Source: Escherichia phage EP1
Direction: 5' to 3' (one strand)
Sequence record: OR892555.1
Length of the DNA stretch: 64,000 nt
Below, piece by piece: positions 43,372-48,940 of the stretch. Position numbers and translations under genes: made by a program. Position 1 is the stretch's first letter; each line of letters starts with the position of its first letter. The notes beneath the pieces are model-generated. The model was not told the DNA's origin. It made no database searches and saw only the letters and a list, made by a program, of their open reading frames with translations.

Positions 43372-44103
43372 TTATTTATTCAAGGCATCCTTCATTTCTG
43401 GAGTTGCAATTGAATCAATCACGCCAGATTTACAGGAATCATCAAACCAGTCTGGTAAGATACCTGCAAGGAAACCATTAATATTTGTTTTCAAGTAATC
43501 AGCAATCAAAGCCGCTTCATCTGCAATCATCTGAGCCACTTCATTAGCATAGGCAGTAATCTTTGCCATACCATCATTAATCGCTGTAACAGCTTGTGTA
43601 GCGAGGTCAGAGATGGTTGCTAGTCCTTTATCAATTGCATCCTGTAAGTCGCTTAGAACGCTGTTTACGGCATCTATAGAGGTATTAATCAAATCCATAG
43701 CCTTGTTACCGTATTCAGTAGCAACTCCCATGATTCCACTAAACGGTGTACAACCAACTTGTTCACCTGCTGCTCCCATAACATTAGAGTAACCTTTAGC
43801 TACTTGCATACGTTGTGAAAACTCATCTACAGACTTCTGTCCATATTGAGTCAGTGTGTTAGTTGTCGTTGTAGTGCTTCCAAGGCTAGTTGAGAAGCTA
43901 CTTAACAAGGCTGTAGTCAAACCAGCAGCAATAAGTTTATCTTTTACTGTAGGGTCTGATACCGAGCTAATAGAGCTTACTAATGAAGTAGAAGCGGCAA
44001 CTGTACCACCAAGAACTGCTGCACCAGTAATAAGAGGGTTAGAGAACCCGTTACCGGATTTAAGGAGACTGAAAATCTCTTTACCTTGTCCTGTCATCTC
44101 TTT
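43372..44103 (-). CDS. Ser/Thr/Ala-rich protein embedded in the tRNA array
   Basis: ORF trimmed to MKEMTGQ so it does not overlap the adjacent tRNA; low-complexity S/T-rich centre. Confidence 0.4.
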   Translation of the reverse strand, partial: KEMTGQGKEIFSLLKSGNGFSNPLITGAAVLGGTVAASTSLVSSISSVSDPTVKDKLIAAGLTTALLSSFSTSLGSTTTTTNTLTQYGQKSVDEFSQRMQVAKGYSNVMGAAGEQVGCTPFSGIMGVATEYGNKAMDLINTSIDAVNSVLSDLQDAIDKGLATISDLATQAVTAINDGMAKITAYANEVAQMIADEAALIADYLKTNINGFLAGILPDWFDDSCKSGVIDSIATPEMKDALNK

Positions 44104-44122
44104 CATTATGCACCTATAAAAT

Positions 44123-44199
44123 TGGTAGCCCATCGGGATTTGAACCCTGTTCTCATGTTTTTCAGACACGCGCTTTAACCATATAAGCTAATTGAGCTA
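44123..44199 (-). tRNA. tRNA, tentative Phe (anticodon GAA), atypical T-stem and acceptor/D-arm linker
   Basis: T-loop ATTTGAA with 3-bp GGG/CCC stem; anticodon loop CUGAAAA; acceptor TAGCTCA/TGGGCTA pairs with one G-U. Confidence 0.45.
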
Positions 44200-44206
44200 T
44201 TAAAAT

Positions 44207-44283
44207 TGGGGTGACCTACGGGAATCGAACCCGTATAGACCATGTTCACAGCATGGGTCATTATCCATTTATGATAAGGCCAC
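44207..44283 (-). tRNA. tRNA-His (anticodon GUG)
   Basis: T-arm ACGGG-AATCGAA-CCCGT; anticodon stem CCATG/CATGG with loop CUGUGAA; D-stem TCAT/ATGA. Confidence 0.7.
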
Positions 44284-44314
44284 ATGTAAGGACTCTCGTA
44301 AGAACCCTTAGAGG

Positions 44315-44390
44315 TGGCAGCAGCGTAAGGATTTGAACCTTAATCTTTCAGCTTCAGAGGCTGGAGCATTGCCAGTTATGCTACACTGCT
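44315..44390 (-). tRNA. tRNA-Gln (anticodon CUG)
   Basis: T-arm TAAGG-ATTTGAA-CCTTA; anticodon loop CUCUGAA; D-stem GCAT/ATGC. Confidence 0.65.
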
Positions 44391-44397
44391 ATTAATT

Positions 44398-44468
44398 TGG
44401 TACTCCATATCGGATTCGAACCGATACATAACACAGATTTTAAGTCTGGCCTCTCTGCCAATTGGAGT
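44398..44468 (-). tRNA. tRNA-like gene, anticodon loop reads UAA (Leu-type) but D-arm appears truncated
   Basis: Perfect T-arm ATCGG-ATTCGAA-CCGAT and 6-bp acceptor; only about 10 nt available for the D-arm. Confidence 0.4.
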
Positions 44469-44478
44469 AATGGAGCAT

Positions 44479-44554
44479 TGGCGGGGGATGTTGGAATTGA
44501 ACCAACTTCTTCGATTTCAAAGACCGAGGTTTTAACCTTGTAAACTAATCCCCT
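44479..44554 (-). tRNA. tRNA-Gln (anticodon UUG)
   Basis: T-arm GTTGG-AATTGAA-CCAAC; anticodon loop CUUUGAA; D-stem GTTT/AAAC. Confidence 0.6.
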
Positions 44555-44562
44555 TTAAATCT

Positions 44563-45120
44563 TTACTTTCTTAGTGGATGAATAAAGAATGCCAACATAA
44601 TTCTTTCCCTTGAGAATGCTCTTTCTTCTGGGACAACACTTTTAAGTTTCCATCCAACATAAATTCTCCAGTAAAACTGTTTACCAAAGACTTTAATTGA
44701 TGGGATAAAAGCGAATAATCCCCAAGCATTCCTATTCCACATCAGGAGATAACCTGTCTGATTATCTTCAGGGTTAGAACTTACGTTGATATTACCTTTC
44801 CACTTAGTAACATCTTTTACATCTCTTCCTAATACATGGTAAGAGAAGTTATAAGCTTTGTTTCTCCAGAGCCACCCAACTCTCTGCATATAAACACCAA
44901 GCTTACCAATCTTTCTAATCTTAGCCCATCGCTCAACGTGACCTTTGTCACCGTCAATTGGGTTATCATAAGTTTCCATCCATCTGAATCCAAAAGGTAG
45001 ATGGCCTTTCTTCTCACTGTAGAATGGAACAACAAAAGGTGCTAAGATTACTGCTAAGATTGCTGCAAATGGCTCTAGCAAAGCTAGGAAAATCCATGAA
45101 GCATACTTCAAATATCTCAT
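44563..45120 (-). CDS. membrane protein embedded in the tRNA array
   Basis: ORF trimmed to MRYLKYAS to avoid tRNA overlap; N-terminal TM segment ASWIFLALLEPFAAILAVILAPFVV. Confidence 0.4.
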   Translation of the reverse strand: MRYLKYASWIFLALLEPFAAILAVILAPFVVPFYSEKKGHLPFGFRWMETYDNPIDGDKGHVERWAKIRKIGKLGVYMQRVGWLWRNKAYNFSYHVLGRDVKDVTKWKGNINVSSNPEDNQTGYLLMWNRNAWGLFAFIPSIKVFGKQFYWRIYVGWKLKSVVPEERAFSRERIMLAFFIHPLRK

Positions 45121-45140
45121 TTTAAATAGCCTCTTTAAAT

Positions 45141-45216
45141 TGGTGCAGAATAAGGGATTCGAACCCCTATTAACAGCTTCGTAGACTGTTGCTCTATCCA
45201 TTTGAACTAATCCTGC
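45141..45216 (-). tRNA. tRNA-Arg (anticodon ACG)
   Basis: T-arm AAGGG-ATTCGAA-CCCCT; anticodon loop CUACGAA. Confidence 0.6.
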
Positions 45217-45330
45217 TTCCCTACGAGAACACCATACAGTTTTTCACAAACTTTGTTTTTACGTCTGTTTAGGTATGACGCTCTAAACTTTTTTGCGATG
45301 GAGTTATTGCTCATAGTGCTCTCCTCAAAT

Positions 45331-45408
45331 TGGTGTTCCAAGACGGATTCGAACCGTCACTAATACAAGGTTTGAGCTTGCATCCTCTGCCAATTGGGAT
45401 ACTGGAAC
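45331..45408 (-). tRNA. tRNA with anticodon CAA (Leu-type) but short variable region
   Basis: Well-formed cloverleaf in reverse complement (acceptor GTTCCAG/TTGGAAC, D-loop AATTGGCAG, T-loop TTCGAAT); anticodon loop CUCAAAC; 78 nt. Confidence 0.55.
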
Positions 45409-45410
45409 AT

Positions 45411-45485
45411 TGGTACTCGCTGAAGGAATTGAACCTTCTTTACCAACTTGTAAGGATGGGGCTTTACCGTATAAACTAAGCGAGT
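45411..45485 (-). tRNA. tRNA-Val (anticodon UAC)
   Basis: Acceptor ACTCGCT/AGCGAGT perfect; T-arm GAAGG-AATTGAA-CCTTC; anticodon loop CUUACAA. Confidence 0.65.
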
Positions 45486-45490
45486 ATGAA

Positions 45491-45578
45491 AAGAGGTCTG
45501 AAGTTGTGCCGCTAACTCAACTCCGTGGAATTTGTTACGGTCTTCAGTTGACTCAAGCGGTCTTTCACTCGACCTCTG
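45491..45578. ncRNA. structured element with acceptor-like terminal stem but no T-loop (candidate small RNA or degenerate tRNA)
   Basis: AGAGGTC (45492-45498) pairs with GACCTCT (45571-45577); internal hairpin CTGAAG...CTTCAG; fills a tRNA-sized gap in the array. Confidence 0.3.
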
Positions 45579-45581
45579 AAA

Positions 45582-45658
45582 TGGTGCTGCTCACAGGACT
45601 CGAACCTGCATTTCCATCCTTACAAGGGATGTGTAATAGCCAATTATACGAAAGCAGC
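45582..45658 (-). tRNA. tRNA-Thr (anticodon UGU)
   Basis: T-arm ACAGG-ACTCGAA-CCTGC; anticodon stem CATCC/GGATG with loop CUUGUAA. Confidence 0.7.
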
Positions 45659-45664
45659 ATTGTT

Positions 45665-45739
45665 TGGAGCATCCAGAGGGAATCGAACCCTCAACCTCAG
45701 TTTGGAAGACTGTAATTTTCCCGTTTAAACTATGGATGC
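45665..45739 (-). tRNA. tRNA-Gly (anticodon UCC)
   Basis: Acceptor GCATCCA/TGGATGC perfect; T-arm GAGGG-AATCGAA-CCCTC; anticodon loop CUUCCAA. Confidence 0.65.
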
Positions 45740-45745
45740 ACTAAT

Positions 45746-45821
45746 TGGTGGAGAAGCAGGGAATTGAACCCTGTACTTAAGTTTGCAAAACTTATGTTTT
45801 AACCATGTAAACTACATCCCC
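45746..45821 (-). tRNA. tRNA-Ala (anticodon UGC)
   Basis: T-arm CAGGG-AATTGAA-CCCTG; anticodon stem TAAGT/ACTTA with loop UUUGCAA. Confidence 0.65.
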
Positions 45822-45827
45822 AATGTT

Positions 45828-45903
45828 TGGTACAGGTGGAGGGAATTGAACCCATCATCTTACTGATTAAGAGTCAGCCGCATAACCATTTTGCTACACC
45901 TGC
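45828..45903 (-). tRNA. tRNA-Lys (anticodon CUU), tentative
   Basis: T-loop AATTGAA with GGG/CCC stem; anticodon loop CUCUUAA; acceptor ACAGGTG/CACCTGC. Confidence 0.55.
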
Positions 45904-45910
45904 ATTAATT

Positions 45911-45988
45911 TGGTAGGAGACAAGGGATTCGAACCCTCAAACACCAACTTCTAAGGATGGTAGGTTTACCAATTACCGTCAATCTCCC
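45911..45988 (-). tRNA. tRNA with anticodon UAG (Leu-type) but short variable region, structure partly unresolved
   Basis: T-arm AAGGG-ATTCGAA-CCCTC; acceptor with two G-U pairs; anticodon loop CUUAGAA; D-loop AATTGGTAA. Confidence 0.45.
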
Positions 45989-46052
45989 ATTAAATCTTTG
46001 TAGAGAACTGCTAAGACGCCAAAGCAACAATGGTATCAAATGCCTTAACAAT

Positions 46053-46080
46053 TCTCTAAAAAGACCTAACTGGTCTTTGC
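46053..46080 (-). terminator. hairpin, possible minus-strand terminator inside the tRNA array (weak)
   Basis: AAAGACC-taact-GGTCTTT stem followed by short U-run on the minus strand. Confidence 0.3.
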
Positions 46081-46229
46081 ATAGTCTTGTTTAATCCGGT
46101 GACTATAACCTTTGGAGAGCTTGATATTATCTCTTCTCCGTGACACCTACTAGGTGCTTTGTTGTGCGTGTACGACAATACACGAGGGAAACCGAACGCT
46201 GTACCAGAGCGTGGGCTTAAATCTCATTA

Positions 46230-46319
46230 GGCGGTAGATAAAGGAGTCGAACCCTCACCGTATCACTACAATGGCAATTGTTTTCAAGACAATTTGGCTT
46301 CCATTAGCCGCTATCTACC
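46230..46319 (-). tRNA. tRNA-Ser (anticodon UGA), long variable arm
   Basis: Acceptor GGTAGAT/ATCTACC; anticodon stem ATTGT/ACAAT with loop CUUGAAA; about 87 nt. Confidence 0.65.
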
Positions 46320-46332
46320 CCTAATAAGACTG

Positions 46333-46737
46333 TTAAACCTCTAACAGTCCTGCATGAACTTTCCTATGACAGTTAGAACACAGTACAACACATTTTCTAA
46401 CTTCTCTCTTAATAGTCCCTCTAGAGTAAGTCTTTAAATTGCTAGGTTCAAAGTCTTTTTCATTTGGGTCTAAATGGTGGAAGTCTAATGCTACTGGTTC
46501 AGATTCACCACAAACTCTGCATTTGCAGATTCTTTTGTATCGGTTAAGAAACTCTCTGTTTCTTTTTCTGTCAGCTACCGCCCTAATTTTCCTTTTAGCT
46601 TTATAAGTTGGGTCTTCTTGATACTTCTTAGAAGAGTATTTGGATTTGCAATCTTTGCATACTGACTGGTATCCATTACCACGCTTATGAAAACAACTTA
46701 AAGGTTTTTCTTGTGAGCATTTTCTACAAAGTTTCAT
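46333..46737 (-). CDS. HNH homing endonuclease inserted in the tRNA array
   Basis: Cys-rich zinc-binding N-terminus; HNH core DFHHLDPNEK ... CSNCHRKVH. Confidence 0.65.
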   Translation of the reverse strand: MKLCRKCSQEKPLSCFHKRGNGYQSVCKDCKSKYSSKKYQEDPTYKAKRKIRAVADRKRNREFLNRYKRICKCRVCGESEPVALDFHHLDPNEKDFEPSNLKTYSRGTIKREVRKCVVLCSNCHRKVHAGLLEV

Positions 46738-46751
46738 ACAAGTACCTATTC

Positions 46752-46822
46752 TGGCAGGGGTGTAGAGATTCGAACTCTAATCAAGAATTTTGGAGACTCT
46801 ATTGCTGCCTTAGCTCACCCCT
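46752..46822 (-). tRNA. tRNA-Trp (anticodon CCA), tentative
   Basis: Acceptor AGGGGTG/CACCCCT perfect; T-arm TAGAG-ATTCGAA-CTCTA; anticodon loop CUCCAAA; short D-arm. Confidence 0.6.
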
Positions 46823-46993
46823 ATTAACACTATAATTCGAAGCTTACCGTATTGTCACAACACTGTCAAGCCTCTTCTCAGATTATTTACATGTTCTGGA
46901 AAACATGAGATACAGACCACCTCCTTATGAAGTTGACTCATCTGAATCAACACGGAGACCCGCTAAGGTCGTCTAAGTAATCTGCTAACTAAT

Positions 46994-47070
46994 TGGCACA
47001 CCCTACAGGGCTCGAACCTGTAACTCAGTGCTTAGAAGGCACTTGCTCTATCCAATTGAACTAAGGGTGC
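46994..47070 (-). tRNA. tRNA-Arg (anticodon UCU)
   Basis: T-arm ACAGG-GCTCGAA-CCTGT; anticodon stem AGTGC/GCACT with loop CUUCUAA. Confidence 0.7.
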
Positions 47071-47320
47071 ATTCTTATCTTTAAAGGCTCTCTTAGAAAA
47101 CCCTTAAAGATGCCCACCTTATTAATCATACCGTGGGCGAGTACGCCAAATTCTTTGATGAGGGGTTGGAAGACCTCACTGGTGTTTAGCCTATTAAGCT
47201 ACTGCCAGAAAAACATTATCGTTTGCATTTATTTTAGTTTGCAAAAATAGACGCTACGCTAACGAAAACTAAGGTTACTATAAAGTGGTCACATCTGAAT
47301 GTCAACAACTTTATCGAATT

Positions 47321-47396
47321 TGGTAGTGGTAGCAGGAATCGAACCTGCGATGTTCGGTTATCAGCCGAGTGTTATGACCGTCTTAACTATACCACC
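47321..47396 (-). tRNA. tRNA-Ile (anticodon GAU)
   Basis: T-arm GCAGG-AATCGAA-CCTGC; anticodon loop CUGAUAA. Confidence 0.6.
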
Positions 47397-47398
47397 AT

Positions 47399-47475
47399 TG
47401 GAGGTTCAGATGGGATTCGAACCCACATTCATAGGGCTTATGAAACCCTTGCATTACCTTATCTGCGACTGAACC
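47399..47475 (-). tRNA. tRNA-Met (anticodon CAU), G-C-rich anticodon stem
   Basis: Acceptor GGTTCAG/CTGAACC perfect; T-arm ATGGG-ATTCGAA-CCCAC; anticodon stem AGGGC/ACCCT with loop UUCAUAA. Confidence 0.65.
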
Positions 47476-47554
47476 ATAATAAGTTGCCCTTTGGAGAAGA
47501 ACTATTGAGTGGGTGTTTCCAGCCGCGCAGGTGTTCTTCAGTTAAGGGCGAATT
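47476..47554. ncRNA. structured element with acceptor-like terminal stem but no T-loop (candidate small RNA)
   Basis: TTGCCCT (about 47484-47490) pairs with AGGGCGA (about 47544-47550); shares a TTCAGTT motif with the element at 45491. Confidence 0.25.
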
Positions 47555-47630
47555 TGGTAGGAGTGGAGGGATTCGAACCCGTCGCCTGTCAGATTAAAAG
47601 TCTGCCGCATCACCATTCTGCTACACTCCC
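47555..47630 (-). tRNA. tRNA-Lys (anticodon UUU)
   Basis: T-loop ATTCGAA with GGG/CCC stem; anticodon stem TCAGA/TCTGC with loop CUUUUAA. Confidence 0.65.
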
Positions 47631-47775
47631 ATTAAATCATCTTTGCAGTAACCTACGCAAACCTTGCTAAAGGGTTTGTAGAGTCATTTCCTATTAAGCT
47701 AATCTAGAATCATGCTAAGGAAATTCATCGGCACTCATGGGACGACATTTAGCTCCATAAGCCACTGCAAAGAGG

Positions 47776-47907
47776 ATTACCAGACCGTTGTTTTATCTTA
47801 AGTGCTCCCATTACACCAACACGCCGTAACGTGTGAAGGAATCGAACCTTCGCCTTTTCTTTACCAGAGAAATAGATTGTTTAATACTTGCTGTAAACGG
47901 TCTTCTG
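47776..47907 (-). ncRNA. tRNA-like RNA lacking a canonical acceptor stem, enclosed by a long-range stem (candidate Y-RNA-like or pseudo-tRNA)
   Basis: Minus strand reads AGACCGTT...[anticodon-like arm TTTCT-CTGGTAA-AGAAA][T-arm GAAGG-TTCGATT-CCTTC][hairpin ACACG-TTACGG-CGTGT]...AACGGTCT; ends pair over 8 bp. Confidence 0.4.
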
Positions 47908-47919
47908 TAAATTTGTTGA

Positions 47920-47993
47920 GCCAGACCAAGTTTTAAATTATTCAAATTAATTGGCTTGAAATTTTTAAGTTGGCTTGCTGAATTTGGTCTTCT
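47920..47993 (-). repeat. hairpin spacer module, copy B1 (CAGAAGACCAA ... TTGGTCTGG)
   Basis: AGACCAA (47922-47928) complementary to TTGGTCT (47983-47989); conserved flanks shared with copies at 47779, 48388, 48544. Confidence 0.5.
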
Positions 47994-48055
47994 GCTCCTT
48001 TAAAGAATACTCGTAAGAACTCTTTAAGGGATGGGCTAAAAAGCCCTCTCAAATT

Positions 48056-48133
48056 TGGCGGTTACGAAGGGATTCGAACCCTCATCATCTCCCGTGACAG
48101 GGGAGTATTTTAACCAGATTAAACTACATAACC
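48056..48133 (-). tRNA. tRNA-Asp (anticodon GUC)
   Basis: T-arm AAGGG-ATTCGAA-CCCTC; anticodon stem CTCCC/GGGAG with loop CUGUCAC. Confidence 0.7.
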
Positions 48134-48139
48134 TTTGTT

Positions 48140-48227
48140 TGGTGCGCCGTGAAGGAGTCGAACCTACCGAGTCATAATGACAAGTGATTTACAGTCACCA
48201 CCGCTTCCATCTACGGGATAACGACGC
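48140..48227 (-). tRNA. tRNA-Tyr (anticodon GUA), long variable arm
   Basis: 88 nt; T-arm GAAGG-AGTCGAA-CCTAC; anticodon loop CUGUAAA. Confidence 0.65.
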
Positions 48228-48297
48228 ATTTTATTCTATTCAGGCTAAGGACTTGCACCTTACAAATCGGTGAGCATTACGCTTCTCTCCCAAATCT

Positions 48298-48374
48298 TGG
48301 CGGTGAGTTAGGGATTCGAACCCTATACCATTCGGTTAACAGCCGACCGCACATGCCTTATGTGCTTCCTCACC
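48298..48374 (-). tRNA. tRNA-Asn (anticodon GUU)
   Basis: T-arm TAGGG-ATTCGAA-CCCTA; anticodon loop CUGUUAA. Confidence 0.7.
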
Positions 48375-48387
48375 ATGTTTAGTATTG

Positions 48388-48449
48388 CCAGACCGTATCT
48401 TTTCATTTTTTCCTATAAAAATTTTGAGATTGCTGTAAACGGTCTTCTG
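48388..48449 (-). repeat. hairpin spacer module, copy A2 (CAGAAGACCGT ... ACGGTCTGG)
   Basis: AGACCGT (48390-48396) complementary to ACGGTCT (48439-48445); lies between tRNA-Asn and the CAU tRNA. Confidence 0.5.
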
Positions 48450-48455
48450 CAAATT

Positions 48456-48532
48456 TGGAGGCGGGTGTTGGAGTCGAACCAACCGTTACCATGCTAATGA
48501 GACATGTGAGACACCCTTTCTCTATACCCGCG
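48456..48532 (-). tRNA. tRNA with anticodon CAU (Met, fMet or Ile-lysidine type)
   Basis: T-arm GTTGG-AGTCGAA-CCAAC; D-stem GAGA/TCTC; anticodon loop CUCAUUA; position 1-72 mismatched. Confidence 0.6.
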
Positions 48533-48543
48533 ATTCTTAATGA

Positions 48544-48607
48544 CCAGACCAAGTTTTATTTTCTATAAGCGAAGAAAGTTTTTTAACTTGCTGAATTTGG
48601 TCTTCTG
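48544..48607 (-). repeat. hairpin spacer module, copy B2 (CAGAAGACCAA ... TTGGTCTGG)
   Basis: AGACCAA (48546-48552) complementary to TTGGTCT (48597-48603). Confidence 0.5.
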
Positions 48608-48614
48608 TCAAATT

Positions 48615-48689
48615 TGGAGTCGTAGACGGGATTCGAACCCGCGAGCAACTGATTGAAGGTCAGGTGGCTAACCATTTGCCTTCTACGAC
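48615..48689 (-). tRNA. tRNA-Glu (anticodon UUC), tentative (C at position 33)
   Basis: Acceptor GTCGTAG/CTACGAC perfect; T-arm ACGGG-ATTCGAA-CCCGC; anticodon loop CCUUCAA. Confidence 0.55.
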
Positions 48690-48696
48690 ATTAATT

Positions 48697-48773
48697 TGGT
48701 CTCCGTTGAGGGAGTTGAACCCTCGACCCCTTGCTCCCAAAGCAAGTGCTCTGCCAAACTGAGCTAAACGGAA
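48697..48773 (-). tRNA. tRNA-Pro (anticodon UGG)
   Basis: T-arm GAGGG-AGTTGAA-CCCTC; anticodon stem CTTGC/GCAAG with loop UUUGGGA. Confidence 0.7.
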
Positions 48774-48940
48774 ATAATTCTTTTCAAACTCTATGTAACC
48801 ACTTTAACATTATTTTTTAGTGGTTGTCAAGAACTTTTTTAAAATATTTTTCAGTATCTTAGAAAAACTCTCGATTTCGTTTTTATGTAGAACATATTAA
48901 AGGGTATCAAACAATTTGTCAATACCCTTTTTAAAACTTT

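Noticed and set aside
45410-45715. Plus-strand 101-aa ORF in the ORF track
   Set aside because: It runs across tRNA-Val, the 45491 structured element and tRNA-Thr; its peptide motifs (GIEPSLP, GLEPAF, RESNPQPQ) are simply translations of T-arm sequences. Spurious.
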